Below are positions 29,221 to 41,541 of a stretch of 64,000 nucleotides of DNA, piece after piece. Origin of the DNA: Cyanidioschyzon merolae. Lineage: Eukaryota. The stretch lies in assembly GCA_000091205.1 (NCBI GenBank), contig AP006500.2; one strand, given 5' to 3'. Position numbers and translations under genes: made by a program. The stretch's first letter is position 1. Every line of letters starts with the position of its first letter. The notes beneath the pieces are model-generated. The model was given only the letters and a program-made list of their open reading frames with translations, was not told the origin of the DNA and made no database searches.

Positions 29221-30610
29221 ATGAAAATGGAACACTGAAGCTGTGGCTCCATTCGGGTCTTTCAATTTTCCCGAGCTTTTTTACGTGTACAGCCTCGACA
29301 TGCGAAAAGCAGGTGCAAGTGCTGCCGGATTCACGCGTAATTTTTGGATCCGCGGTCGGCTTTTCGCAGAGGAGCCTTTCACGCTGTGCCGCTGGACGCT
29401 TTTACGTCATCTTCATCAGGATGATTCGCGACACCCCCGAGCTCGGATTCGTCAAATAACCGATATCGTAATCGAAGTTATAGAAACGAGCTGCCACTGT
29501 TCTTGAATCCTTTTCTTACGTGTACCAGAATCGAATCACGCATTCTACGAGTGTTGGATCCTTGTGTTCCCGGGCAACTCGAGGCGTATCCATTGGCACC
29601 GCACACTTGACGACGCAAAAAATTGTCGACGTCGAGCTTTGACGACTTGTTTACAAGCGCATGCCGAAAACCTCGTGGAGCTGCCGACGTCGCATAATCG
29701 TCTCCGGTCTAAAGATGAAGCTTCATTTCCTGCAGGTCATCGACGAAGCCGGTCGCGAATGCACCATCACCATGCCTTCGACGGGATATGCGCGCAGGAG
29801 TTCCCGTCTCTCCTAGCTCTATAAGAAATGGTCTTGGATATGGACATGAGTCATTACAGCGATCTGTCTCTATGGAGCGCGCATCTCCGCTTTGCACGAA
29901 GCGAGCATATTCGGTTCGATACTTTTCGACGTACTCTGGAGCCTCGATTCCCTCTCCGATACCTGTTTCATCACAGGCAACAACAAGGTCCTAAAATCCT
30001 CTATTCGTTAGAATAGCATGCACTTGCAAGTGCAGCGGACAACGTACTCGCCGAGCGTATCGCCCAGATACAGCTCCTGGTCTTCGAGTGCAGCACTGGG
30101 CCAGGAACCGAAGCACAGGATCGTTGGAAGCTTTTTCGTTTCCTGCCAGTCAACGGCATGTGTCGAGCGATGCAGCGAGCGTTCACGCGTCACAGGGCGG
30201 CGCTCAGCGGACGAAGTCTTGTGATGGACGTATGGGAGCACCTGATGACACTCAAGTGTAAACGTCGCGGATCGAGAGCTACCGATGTATACAAGAAAGA
30301 TGCAAATCGTTACCGAATCGTAGATCACAGCTTCCATCTGTGCACCAAATGCGTCGGTAAGAGCTGCAAAACGACGTAACCGAGACTCGGGGGCAGCCAT
30401 AAACATCCTTCGACTGCTGGCAACGGACCTGAAGAGACAAGAAAGGCCGGCGTATGTAAAATCCGGAGACAAACAAGAACGAGGATCGGGAAGCAGCATG
30501 AGAGAGAGCCCGCAAAGGCTTGTGCCAATAACAGTGGGAACAGTTCCAGAATTCATTCGTATACGCCCGAGTTCCCTCCATGAGCCTCCTTTATTTCATT
30601 CTGATACGAG
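29221..30610 (+). mobile_element. IR-A. A 1.39 kb element carrying a frameshifted TnpB/Fanzor-like relic in plus orientation, here called copy b. It is ~98% identical to the inverted copy at 52368-53756.
   Basis: Both copies have identical ORF-track peptides: 29243..29506 equals 53470..53733, and 29564..29824 equals 53152..53412. The ORF 30008..30556(-) is near-identical to 52420..52968(+), differing at a few residues. The internal relic has a RuvC-I-like IRNGLGYGHESLQRSVSMERASP. After the RuvC-II region it has VMDVWEHLMTLKCKRRGS (compare ILDAGW...YKA..G). Its zinc finger SFHLCTKCVGKS aligns with copy e's NFHLCMKYVHNS. Where copy e has RDENAAINI, this copy has decayed to RLGGSHKHP. Identity stops at 29221/53756 and 30610/52368. 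Confidence 0.55.
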
Positions 30611-30949
30611 TGCAATGACGCTACCCCGGACGGTATTGGGACAGTTGGGACGTAGGGCAGGGCGCTTCGTTGCCACCCGCCGAACGCTGCCTCAGTGAAG
30701 AACGCGAGTGTGTCCGTTGTTGCATGTCTGGGGCCTGGGGCACGCTTGCGATGCGCACAAACTGCAATGCTCTAGCCGCCGGGCACTTGGGTCCACCACC
30801 GGCACGACCCCGGTCATCCTGGAGGTGCACCAACTAGGCAGCCCAGTGGCGTGCAGGAACAGAACGCGCTTCGCAAAGATCGACGCGGGACCACGTGTGC
30901 GAAGCTTACAGAGATGCCGCTAGGTTTCATCTAAAAGATCACGTAAAGC

Positions 30950-32362
30950 TTAAAGAAACGATTCCCAGAAACGACCACCAAAAAGACGATTCTTACGGGC
31001 CAGACGCTCAGACAAGTTCTCAAAGGCGCTGGCATCGTTCTGCAGACCTGCACTTGAGATATGCAGGTTGCGCAGCGCTTCCCCGCGCTGAGCCAAACGC
31101 TCCCGGGCTCGCTCTACGCGTTGCTGCACGAGCGCGGCTGAATATCTTGGTGCCATACGCGACGTAGCAGCAGGATGCTGCTGCTGCTGCTGCTGCTGAC
31201 GCTGACGCTCATGCTCAGGCGTTGGCAGCACCGAGCCAGCATCGATGAGTTGTGCACGTTCGTTCGCATAGCGACTCGTGTATCCCGTAGCTGCAGCACT
31301 TGCTGTATCAGCCGCATCTGCCCACTCCCAGTGGCGGACAGGCGAAACGGAATGTGTTCGCTTGCGATAAGCGGACTGTTCTATAGCGTCATCGAACGAA
31401 GCGGATCGATACTCCTGGGCTGAGCTCGGATCGACGACGTCGTCTGCTGCCGTCTGCGGCCGAGGCATCGTCTGTGAAGACGTATGTGTCGTGTACGCTG
31501 GATTATCTTCGCGTTCGAATTCCGCTGTCCAGGATTCGGTGGGTACTTCATCTGCGTGGATGTGTGCGGGTGCTGTTGCATCCCGACGACCTGTGTCCTC
31601 GGAATGTAGCCGCAGCGGCTCCGTCTGCCCAGCAGAAACGGCCGCGTCATGCTTGAAATGCTGACGAGTCTGAAAGGAGATCGCGTTTGGCTCAGCAGTA
31701 GCCTGCCAGAGATCCTCTTCCTCTACTTGGAGCATCGCGTCGGCAATATCATCGAGACACTTGTTCAGCTTTTCTCTTCGGGTCTCGAGCATGCGCAGCC
31801 GGGCTAGCGACTCGCCTGTATGGCCGTCGTTCTGGGATCGATGCGAATGTTCATGCCACAGACGAATCTGGCGCTCAACCTCGTTCAGTTGTTCGCTCTG
31901 TTCAACACTGAGCTCTCTTAGCTCGGCAAGGCTTAGCCCAGCAAGCGTAGCTTCAATCGGGTCGGCATCTGCGCTCATGTCTCCACTGCGCAACGGTTCC
32001 GCAGTTGTCAATTTGGGAGAATTCCGTCTATGGTCTTGTAGCGGGGTTCCCGTGCCGAGCAGGTCGAGGTCATGGCCAGCCATCAGCTCCGAAAGGTGGT
32101 GAATCAGAGCCGTGAGCTCCTCACTACGTGTCTCCAACTGAGCGAGCTGAGCTCGCAGCTCATTCACGCGCGAGGGTCTGGCTCGCGGCCAAGCTCGTGC
32201 CTCGCAAGCCGCTCGTATACGTTGTTTCGTCTGAAGCACCTCGTTCAGTTCCTTGACGAGCTCAGCGTGCCGATCCACAAGCAACTTTCGCGCGTCATCG
32301 TCGAGAGAACTGATACGCTCGTGTTCGCTCATATGGGAAACGGACGGCAAGATTTCGCGCAC
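30950..32362 (-). CDS. Coiled-coil protein of 470 aa with a C-terminal R-SNARE-like heptad segment and no transmembrane anchor.
   Basis: The C-terminus ALVQQRVERARERLAQRGEALRNLHISSAGLQNDASAFENLSERLARKNRLFGG resembles the synaptobrevin SNARE motif (LQAGASQFETSAAKLKRK). The rest is predicted coiled coil with a polyQ from (CAG)n at 31165-31200. Confidence 0.4.
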   Translation of the reverse strand: MREILPSVSHMSEHERISSLDDDARKLLVDRHAELVKELNEVLQTKQRIRAACEARAWPRARPSRVNELRAQLAQLETRSEELTALIHHLSELMAGHDLDLLGTGTPLQDHRRNSPKLTTAEPLRSGDMSADADPIEATLAGLSLAELRELSVEQSEQLNEVERQIRLWHEHSHRSQNDGHTGESLARLRMLETRREKLNKCLDDIADAMLQVEEEDLWQATAEPNAISFQTRQHFKHDAAVSAGQTEPLRLHSEDTGRRDATAPAHIHADEVPTESWTAEFEREDNPAYTTHTSSQTMPRPQTAADDVVDPSSAQEYRSASFDDAIEQSAYRKRTHSVSPVRHWEWADAADTASAAATGYTSRYANERAQLIDAGSVLPTPEHERQRQQQQQQQHPAATSRMAPRYSAALVQQRVERARERLAQRGEALRNLHISSAGLQNDASAFENLSERLARKNRLFGGRFWESFL

Positions 32363-33789
32363 GTCGTCGCCGGTGTCTCGAAAGCGGTGCCCCTGCGCAC
32401 TTCACAGGGATTCTCGCACCCTGTATCGACTTGAGTAAATAACACAAACGTTCATGAACACCTGATCACGCTATGGTATGCAGATGCTCGTCCCAGGCCG
32501 CCCGCTTACGGAACAGAGGCGTCGTCTGCCCGCGCAGCACAGAAGCGCAACGGACGACCCGAAGCCTGTGTCTTGCCCCAACGCCGGCCAAGAACTGCGT
32601 ATGCACGCCTAAACGTCCGCTGTGAACACTGTGCAAACGCACACACACACACACACAATCGCTCGCTCGGTAGAGCAGAGACGTATCCCAGAGCGGCTCC
32701 GAACAAAACAGGCAGGTAGTTCGCAGTCTCCTGCGTACCGAGTCGCGCGAGGGCAGCAGTGCCTTGCACGTGCGCGCTGTACTGAACATGCTGTCTCAAA
32801 AAGAGCGCTTCGCTTTCGTGCGCTTTGGCAACGAGTGGATGCCAACCTTTGGTAAGACCTTTCGTTGGTGCATAGCTGAGGAATGATGCGTGCTTGTGCT
32901 GTTATCAGCACTAAAGATTTGTCCTGTTTATGGACACGTCTGTTGACGTCGTGACGCGGACGGTCGTCTGTGAAGCGCGACGAATGCAGTAACGTGCACC
33001 GGAAATGAACCAGAGGTGATGCACCACTGGTAAATGAGTCAACACTGGTTCAGTAGGCTTGCTGAAAGAGGAATGAAGAGGACAACGTGCAGAGCGTGCT
33101 GCTGAAGCGTCGCATGGCTTACCGTGCAGAGTATCAGCACGCGCACTGCGGTACCAGTGGCACGCATGATTCGCGAAGCGTTCTGGAGTGCAGGAAACTT
33201 CGCTGTGGACTAAAGAACAACCAGGTCATGAATGCTGACGTACGCGTGCACCCTCAGACGTATTCTCAAGCAATCACTGCGGAGGAGGCGCGATAAAACA
33301 AAAGAAGCAAGTCTCGGTTATCGTCCTCCAGCTGCACTCGACAGAAACGCATCTGAAAGGTGCGCTTCGGCGTCGTCGGGTGTACGCTCCGGTGCGTCTA
33401 GCGCCCGTCCAGGCGGCCAGTGTAGAGTCGATGCCTGCGAGCACACGGCAATACGGTTGCATGCGTCAGCGTTATATCATGAAATGTAGACACTGGCGTG
33501 TCTCTGGGTGACAACTGCAGCGGTGGTGCATTGAGCGTCGCGGCTGACACCCACAGGGTAACTGGATAGGCGAGTCTCCTTCTAGTAGCGTACGTGCGCA
33601 TCTTGGTAGTGCTTGAAATCGTGCACGGACGTGCACTGGTGCTTCGACGAGAAAGCACCTCGCCAGAGATGGCGAATCAGAAAATGCTACCGCTGCCACC
33701 GCCGGAGACCAATTGTGCTTTTCTGCTTCGCCTGTTCAAGGGCACGTGCCTTGTCTGCAAGCTGTATGGTCAGGTATATCGAATCATGG

Positions 33790-33810
33790 ATCACCACCAC
33801 CACCACCACC

Positions 33811-33843
<33 letters not shown>

Positions 33844-33845
33844 GT
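33790..33845. repeat. Poly-His-encoding (CAC)n(CAT)n microsatellite. A longer allele lies in the duplicate at 46070-46130.
   Basis: caccaccaccaccaccaccaccaccaccaccaccatcatcatcatcatcat seen directly. DR2 has a longer run. Confidence 0.9.
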
Positions 33846-33934
33846 TCACCAATGGCCCAGGAAAATCATGCCCGGCATACGCATAGGCGGGATGGTAGCA
33901 TTGCTGAATCGCCGACTCGTGCCATACCGGTGCC

Positions 33935-35140
33935 TTGCTCCAGGCGAGCGTTCAACGCACGCTCTCTTGCTCAATCATACTTTTTCGTCGCAAGTCTTCG
34001 GCATTTAAACACAGTGCCCACACGGAGCACGAATCGATTCGCTTTAAACTTCGCTCGATACACATAGCCGATAGACGCCCCCCAGGCACGAGACTTTTCC
34101 GGGTGTTGATCGAGACGTTCATGGCTCGGAGCGGAGCCTGCGCCCGCACACATGACTTGCGATGGAATCACACCAAAGTGAGCCTGCCAGCTTCAATTGC
34201 CTCGCAATTTGACGTCCGAGGTCCGCTCGCAGTATCCCATGTCGGACATTCCAAAGTGAGCCTGCCAGCTTCATTTGCCTCGCAATATGACGTCCGAGGT
34301 CCGCTCGCAGTATCCCATGACGGACATTCCAAAGTGAGCCTGCCAGCTTCATTTGCCTCGCAATATGACGTCCGAGGTCCGCTCGCAGTATCCCATGTCG
34401 GACATTCCAAAGTGAGCCTGCCAGCTTCTATTGCCTCGCAATACGACGTCCGAGGTCCGCTCGCAGTATCCCATGACGGACATTCCAAAGTGAGCCTGCC
34501 AGCTTCATTTGCCTCGCAATATGACGTCCGAGGTCCGCTCGCAGTATCCCATGACGGACATTCCAAAGTGAGCCTGCCAGCTTCATTTGCCTCGCAATAT
34601 GACGTCCGAGGTCCGCTCGCAGTATCCCATGTCGGACATTCCAAAGTGAGCCTGCCAGCTTCTATTGCCTCGCAATACGACGTCCGAGGTCCGCTCGCAG
34701 TATCCCATGACGGACATTCCAAAGTGAGCCTGCCAGCTTCATTTGCCTCGCAATATGACGTCCGAGGTCCGCTCGCAGTATCCCATGACGGACATTCCAA
34801 AGTGAGCCTGCCAGCTTCATTTGCCTCGCAATATGACGTCCGAGGTCCGCTCGCAGTATCCCATGACGGACATTCCAAAGTGAGCCTGCCAGCTTCTATT
34901 GCCTCGCAATATGACGTCCGAGGTCCGCTCGCAGTATCCCATGTCGGACATTCCAAAGTGAGCCCGCCAGCTTCAATTGCTACGCAATACGACGTCCGAG
35001 GTCCGCTCGCAGTATCCCATGTCGGACATTCCAAAGTGAGCCCGCCAGCTTCTATTGCCTCGCAATACGACGTCCGAGGTCCGCTCGCAATATCCCATGT
35101 CGGACATTCGGCCCTGTTTCCCAAGTGGCGCTCAACGTAG
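33935..35140 (+). CDS. ORF spanning the 78-bp (26-aa) minisatellite. Repeat protein HSKVSLPASFASQYDVRGPLAVSHDG x12. Its coding status is uncertain.
   Basis: The ORF is open in several frames on both strands. The minus strand gives LTLECPTWDTASGPRTSYCEAIEAGG repeats, because the unit length is a multiple of three. Unit variants gac/gtc and ttcatt/ttctat/ttcaat interleave. A second copy sits at 46224..47039 with 7 units. Confidence 0.25.
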   Translation: MLQASVQRTLSCSIILFRRKSSAFKHSAHTEHESIRFKLRSIHIADRRPPGTRLFRVLIETFMARSGACARTHDLRWNHTKVSLPASIASQFDVRGPLAVSHVGHSKVSLPASFASQYDVRGPLAVSHDGHSKVSLPASFASQYDVRGPLAVSHVGHSKVSLPASIASQYDVRGPLAVSHDGHSKVSLPASFASQYDVRGPLAVSHDGHSKVSLPASFASQYDVRGPLAVSHVGHSKVSLPASIASQYDVRGPLAVSHDGHSKVSLPASFASQYDVRGPLAVSHDGHSKVSLPASFASQYDVRGPLAVSHDGHSKVSLPASIASQYDVRGPLAVSHVGHSKVSPPASIATQYDVRGPLAVSHVGHSKVSPPASIASQYDVRGPLAISHVGHSALFPKWRST

Positions 35141-37623
35141 ACGCAGCACGAGCATCCGCACTCGAGCTCCGTCTGCGTCGCCATCTAGTCCTCCACAGGA
35201 AACGTGCAACATCGATTCCTGCACTCGCTGTACGCACAGGAGTCCAGCGTTTGCGTGCCACAGCACATCCAGCGCCACAGGCTTCCAGCAATCGACGCGA
35301 CCTGTTGGGTACTCCCTTTTCCAACTGGTCCAGGAGCTTTGCGAGTGCGCGCCCCTCGCCTCCGTCCAACCGAGTCCGTTGGTGGCCCCCCAGCGCCGTC
35401 TCACGGAATCCTGCCAAAGGCTGTGCGCATGCGCAGGTCAGACGCTCGTGCGCGCTCTGAGTTAAAAGTGGAAACCCATCCCACGCTGCTCGACACACTG
35501 CTCAGCGCGTTCACTTTCAGGTCCTGACGCAGTCATTCCGCCTCGTACTTCGCCGTATGCCATCCAAGGTGATGCGCGGCTCCCGATCATACCAAGTGCT
35601 GGACGCGCTGGGCAGCTCCGTCTGCTTGCCATTCAGGTCTTGGGCGGCGCCGTCCGCCTCATTTGCATACACGGGGACGACAAGGGCGCTCTTCAACCTC
35701 GGATCCACGCTCCCAACAGCGACTTTCTCCTCGTCTGCCTTGAACAGTTGAAAATGAGCCTCGTTGGTGACCCAGGTCACGCTTTCACGACGCCCATGCG
35801 TACTGGAGATCCGTCGGTATCCAAAGCCTCGCTACGCGCTGCACGCCATGCCTTCCATGGAGACTAGAAACATCTGAAGAAGCGCCGCCGACGCTTTTCG
35901 TGGACCTGTTCGAGTCCGTCATACTTGCGCGGAGACACCGGATCCTTCTTCGAATACTCCGGTACCTGGCGGAGCAGCACGGACAGCGACGCTTCACTCC
36001 GTATCCGTCTCTTCTTCGGGATCCAGATGCACTGGGTGGACGACGAGCGCCAAGCTCTCCCATACTCTGCTTGTATGCACGCTATCCTCTGTGATGCTTT
36101 TCGTGACCTCATGGGTCACGAGCACGCCCACGGAGTGCAGCGTGCGTTTCCGTTCGCTCCCGCGCACGACCAGGGCGCAGCAGCACAGCAGCTCTCGACC
36201 CCTGCATAGAAGAGAGTAAAGTCGTGGATTCGTCACAGAACGTTGTCTCGGAGGCGAACGACGCATCGACGGATCCGTGAGTGTCCACATGACCTTGGCG
36301 AGCAGACAAGTCGCCCTCGACTGGATGGAGTCGACGAGACCCAGCCCACACTAGGAGCCGTCCACGGCCGTGCGCAGCAGCGTGCGCCTTGGTCGCTTTT
36401 CAGTGGTGATTCGCGACGTCGTAGATTAACAGGACGGTAGAGTACCTGAAGAAGAAGAAGAAGGAGACACAGCAGAAGCCAAGGAGAGTTTCGTCGACTC
36501 GTGAGGCAACAAACGAGCAGGGCTTTCTCGCGAGCTGCAGACCATCACACCAAAACCCTCTCTGCTGCTAACGCCAACACCGTTCTCACTACGGCTGGTC
36601 TCCTGTTTATGACCAGAAGCTTGCCGCAATTTGAGCTCCCATATACACGCCAAGCATCGCTTCCAAATAAAGCCCCATCGACTTCGATGGACACCAGTCC
36701 GCCCTGTGATGAGCATTCGCATTGCCGTTCGGAATCGAACGCGTGGTACTCCACTCGCGACAGTCTCCCAGACAGGCGTGCTTGCTTTTCGTCATCCATC
36801 CGCGTCTTTTCGTCCCAGTTCGTATCGACAGCACAGAAACATCACGCCGTTTGGATTTCTCTCGGTAGGACGTCTCAGGGCACGCAAGCTTAGAAAGCGA
36901 CTGACGAGGCGACACTCGGGTAGAAAGTGCCGGAAAATTTCCGTTTTCGCTCGACAACGTTCATGATATCGGTGAGGATTCGGTTGGTTCACCCATGTGC
37001 TGACCGTGGAATGACTGACTTGTACATGTATGAGCTTTTCTTGCGAGCTCGTCCTGGCAGCATCAAGTCTCTCTGCGCCCGTTCTCCAATATCCAGCATA
37101 CACTCCGTCGGATGAAGACCTGCGACATCGATAAACGAAAACACCAGCGTGCTTGCTGGTACAAGGCACCCATGAATTCATGAATCTAAGTCTCTGAGTA
37201 TAACAATGCACAGGCGTACATATAAACATGAACGTGCCAAAGATCCGCGATGAGCGTCTAATCGGGAGGTTGCGTACGAGACGCACACCGCCCCGCCGAC
37301 GGCTGCTGCACCAGCAAGCTGGGTAGAAGGTCTTGACATGATTCAGGCGTGTTGCTGGTGCATCTGGCATTCGCCTCGAGGCCAAGTCTCCGTCGTAAAC
37401 GCGCGTAGATTTACAACCAACCCTGTCAACTCAAACGTGCGTGACCTGTATCGGAATCGTGTCCAACCTGGTATCATGCGTTTCTGCCCGCTCGCTCAAC
37501 GAGTCTCAGCAGCGCTTGAGAAGCCAGGTTGCATCGCGCAGCCATATGACCTGCAATCAAGTAACACGCTACGTTTCCCGAATGGTCATCATCAGGGCAA
37601 TGGATGCAGTGCCTGTCTCGTAT

Positions 37624-39237
37624 CTAGTTGGGCACGAGCAGCTTTCGTTCAACAAGCGAGCGGGGCCGCCGCTTATGCTCCAAACGCATCTCGTTTTCTG
37701 GTGCAAGTCCGATGCAAGCTCTGAGAATGTTTTCGATGCAGAGGCGCTGACGTGCTAGCGCATTCACCACAGGAGTGCCCTCTGGCACAACGGGTGCCTT
37801 GAGGAAATAGCTCAGTAGCGACAACACGGGATGGAAACGCTCAAATTTTTCCTCATCGGCTCTCTTCATCTCAATACGCTCTGCAAGCTCTGCGAGAATG
37901 GTCAGGTCGAGGATAAGTGGCGCCGCTAGAAGCGAGTCCTCACAGGTCTGGTGAACGACAATGGTGTTCCGTCCGCCCATGAAGATTTCGCTTTCGTACT
38001 CGTCGAGCGCACGTTTGCTATCGCCAACCGCCGGCACATACTTGATGACAACTAAATGGTCCGGACTCTCACCGGGCCTGTAGAGAACCCCGTTACTGGC
38101 AACCATGTCATCCACAACGCTTGACTTGGATATTTCCTTGCTACGAAACTGGCTCGGTGCCGATAAATTCTTTCCATCATTATTACCGAGATGATTATAG
38201 GAGGCTATCGAGAGGGGTTTGATACCGGCACCGATCAGAAAATCAGCGAGAACTGATTTCAGCTTTGTTTGACCCGATTTGAAATCATCGCCACCAATAA
38301 AGACGTCACGTTGCACAGCGAGGTCGATAACCCCGGGCACAAACGTGTTCTGCGGAGAACCGTTAATAAACGAGCAGCCTTCCAGAATTGATGCTGTGGC
38401 AAATAGCGCGCTCGGCGATATCTCCGAGTGACTCGCAGCAATTGCGTGCAGAAGATTCTCCGCGGTATCGTTCACCCCCTCCATGACAGTAGCGTAGCGT
38501 TCCGTGTTGGCCGTCCACAGCACGATGACCTTTTCCACGTTCCTCTCGGCTTTGAAAGCGCGAATATCTGCGCGGATTTTCTCCAAATGTTCCCACTTGT
38601 TGGTGCCCGGGATCAGATTGTCGGCACGTGACGCCTGGTTCGCCGCAATGAAATCCCCATACAGCACCGATGGTAAAGGTTTCAAAGGGGCCATGTACGG
38701 CTCGAGCTGCAGCTGCAGATCGTAGTCAAGTACTTGCGCGCGACGCATCGCTTCTGCGAGGTTCGCACTGGAGATATCCCAGCCACCAATCTCCAGGTCG
38801 TTGGGATTCACCATCGGCAATAGGGCGCGCAAAGGCACAAATACGTCCTCCTCAAATCGCCCGTCGCTTTCGTAAAGACTACCCAGCCGAACGGTGGCGG
38901 ACTGTGTTAGAGAGCCGAAATAGTTCGGAGTCTGAATGCCGTGCTTCGTACGCCAGGTGATGCCCTCGCGGTTCGCAATGACTGCACCAGTGACGGTACT
39001 GCCGTTGTTGCCACCCCAGCCCACCAGCATAAGACCCACCCTCGGTACACGACGCTGCGTGCGGAAAGTATACTTGACCGATAAAGGCCGCACAATCGCA
39101 CGACCACTGTTTCGCTCCAAACGCACGGCATTCGTTTCGTAGTCGACGTCCGCTTCTATGTAGTCGGGCGTGTACCGCACGTTCGGCGCTTGAACGTAAA
39201 CCTCTTCTGCGAGCATTTTCTGCAAGTTCCTAACCAC
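37624..39237 (-). CDS. INO1: myo-Inositol-1-phosphate synthase (MIPS).
   Basis: It has the full-length MIPS signatures: [71 protein letters not shown] and [34 protein letters not shown]. It is 537 aa and intronless. Confidence 0.92.
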   Translation of the reverse strand: MVRNLQKMLAEEVYVQAPNVRYTPDYIEADVDYETNAVRLERNSGRAIVRPLSVKYTFRTQRRVPRVGLMLVGWGGNNGSTVTGAVIANREGITWRTKHGIQTPNYFGSLTQSATVRLGSLYESDGRFEEDVFVPLRALLPMVNPNDLEIGGWDISSANLAEAMRRAQVLDYDLQLQLEPYMAPLKPLPSVLYGDFIAANQASRADNLIPGTNKWEHLEKIRADIRAFKAERNVEKVIVLWTANTERYATVMEGVNDTAENLLHAIAASHSEISPSALFATASILEGCSFINGSPQNTFVPGVIDLAVQRDVFIGGDDFKSGQTKLKSVLADFLIGAGIKPLSIASYNHLGNNDGKNLSAPSQFRSKEISKSSVVDDMVASNGVLYRPGESPDHLVVIKYVPAVGDSKRALDEYESEIFMGGRNTIVVHQTCEDSLLAAPLILDLTILAELAERIEMKRADEEKFERFHPVLSLLSYFLKAPVVPEGTPVVNALARQRLCIENILRACIGLAPENEMRLEHKRRPRSLVERKLLVPN

Positions 39238-41541
39238 CAGTTAGAGTCAAGCGATGAAATGAAGCGACGTTTTCCCACACAAACCGCGCACCTCTGCAAA
39301 CGTGTCCGCACAGTGCACTGTGCACGTCGAGCGTACAATCCCGCTTTTACGACACAAAGCGTCGATGTAAGGTATTGCCCTGCAGAGGGCGCCCCGCGTT
39401 CGTGATTGGATGGCGCGCAGCACGACACGCGACGGTGCATGTGTTCGAATTCGCTATCGCGAAGCCCGCCGGTGCACAACGTGGCGGTAGACAGCGCATC
39501 GACGGCATCGCCGCGTTCCATGCGCGCATTCAATTGCGCACGCGGGTTGCTGGCGATGCGCGCTATGGATGGCGATTGACGGCAGGTCGCACAGCTGCAC
39601 GTGTCGCCGCCTGGCGCGGCGGCGCTGCAGGGATCGTGCAGCGCACCGGCGGCTGCTCCAATCGGGGGCGGAACGTTGGTCGTCGCCTGTATGTCCGTTT
39701 TGTTGCCTTTCATCCACATTGCGTTCCAGTGTCCAGGTGCATGTCACCAAGTGCTCTTCCACAGCTCAGAGCAGGTGCGTTTTAAGTGCGTTGATTGGAG
39801 GTAATAAAAGATGCAAGGAAAAGTTATGGATGTGCAAGTCAGGGACACTTGAGGGCCGCCATTGTCGGGTGCTGGTAGAAACGATAAAATCCTCTTCTCG
39901 CCGAACATCGAGCGAAAAGGATCAAGTCATGGAGAAGTAGAAGAGCGCAGATTGACGAGAAAAGGTGTTTCGCCGACGGGACGCTGAGGAGACTCTAGTG
40001 GCACAGAGGGCACGAGTCTGAGGAATTCTAGCAATAGTGGGTTAAAGTAGAGGCACGAAATGCATGGAGTTCGTGAACCGGGACCTGGCGCCGCCATTAT
40101 TGTCAGAAGATGTGTGGTGCTGAAGACGAGGCCCGCGGAGCTGACGCGATCCAACTTTGTGCGGTGTCCTGCAGGCCTCGGAGTTTGCAGGAAGAAAATG
40201 AAAACGATAGCATAGCGGTGGTCAAAATGGCAGGGAGACTTCTCTGAGTAGGTATATACATACTCTCCATGGCCGAAGAACGTTTCTCCTTTGTTTGGTC
40301 TCATACAGGTCTCGTGGAGCAGCGTGCTGGAGGCCGATCGCTTGTATCCGCAGGCACGCCAAATAGGGGCATCTTCCGCGCCTGCTATGGATCAGAATGA
40401 TGTTGCCGATAGATGCTATGCCAGACACTGAGGCGAGTGAGCATCTAGTTCCCAGAGGTTTTCATAAAGAATGCGTGATGCGCCTGAAAAACGACGAGCA
40501 CGCACTTCGAGCGGCGATTCTATCGTTTGCGAATGCTCCCGAACCGTTCCACTGAATTCTTCCGATCGCGACAAGGTGTGCAATGGACTCGTCAAGCATC
40601 CCTCGCATCTAATGGTATTTCTCGATAACAGGGTAGACACGAAAATTCCTTCGTGGATGGCATCGATCGCTGATGCACCTGGTCGAATCGATGCCTTCCC
40701 CCCGGACACGGATGCACCATTGCTGAACCTGTCTTTTTTCATCACAGTTCGATGTACGATGTCGAGATGTGCGCAGCGCTACCTTGCCCACTAATATGCT
40801 AAAATCTATATTGCGCATCCCACATCGCTGATCGATCCAGTGATGTATAGAAAGCTCGCTAAATGAAAGGTGCTCGAGACGTTGTCGCGCATGCACTGTA
40901 TGCCGCACCGTGCACCATTCTATAGCGGCATCAGTGCTTCATTACCTTCCGGGTGAAGGATCCAGCGAATCGGATGCACTTACGAGCGCAGCGTGTCTTT
41001 CGCACCTGCGCACTGGTGAGTGCCAAGCAAACGCCCGCGCCGCGAACCGACACCGCATCCCATGCACGACCGCGAAGAGGAGCGACACTGCTCTCAGCAT
41101 TCATCCTAACAGCCGAGTTCCTCTAACGTGTCTTGCAGCGAAGGCAAGTCAGCATCCGCAGGCTGACTGATCACAAGTAGACATCGAGACCTGAACCTGT
41201 GTCGGGTGAAGCACGCCTCGAGCCTACGCCCTCTGTGGTACGACAACACCGGTGCTATATGCGCAATCGCGGACGCAAGATAGAACGTATGAATCGACCA
41301 GTGTATCCGAGAGGAAGTATGGGTAATGGAACTTGGAAGTAGGTCATGGAGCAATATATGCTTCACCGCGCAACGCGATAATCGGCGTACAGTGGGCGAA
41401 CGCTGGCCTGTGTAAGCGTTTCGCAAATGAACAGAAATCAGTGCTTCGTGATCGGCAGCGGCGGCGCTGGCAACGCCATACAGCGTAACCTCGAACGGCA
41501 GCGGTGCGCACTGCAGCGCGGCACGCTCCTACCGGATATCT

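Larger units (their letters stand above)
33745..37195. repeat. DR1, copy 1 of a ~3.4 kb direct segmental duplication. Its partner is at 46030-49093. It contains a poly-His microsatellite and a 78-bp minisatellite.
   Basis: Every ORF-track peptide from 33594-37385 reappears at 45944-49202 with 1-3 substitutions, for example 35052..35498(-) versus 46951..47397(-). Alignment starts near ...tggtcaggtatRtcgaatcatggatcacc and ends near ...catgaattcatgaatctaagtct. The length difference comes from the minisatellite copy number, 12 versus 7 units. Confidence 0.9.

Noticed and set aside
30008-30556. A 182-aa ORF conserved in both inverted repeats (also at 52420..52968). It might be cargo of the IR element.
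   Set aside because: It lies antisense to the TnpB-like reading frames within the IR. It has no recognisable domain. The conservation is explained by the ~98% DNA identity of the two IR copies.
35880-35935. A tRNA-like T-loop motif gttcgagtcc near 35905.
   Set aside because: The flanks offer no acceptor-stem complementarity, no D-loop or A-box, and no anticodon arm. It is a chance match inside the duplicated DR region.
35517-36290. A series of 80-100 aa minus-strand ORFs inside DR1 (for example HSVGVLVTHEVTKSITE) that might be a frameshifted host gene.
   Set aside because: I could assign no recognisable domain. The ORFs are in three different frames with no consistent homology. I left them unannotated inside the duplication.
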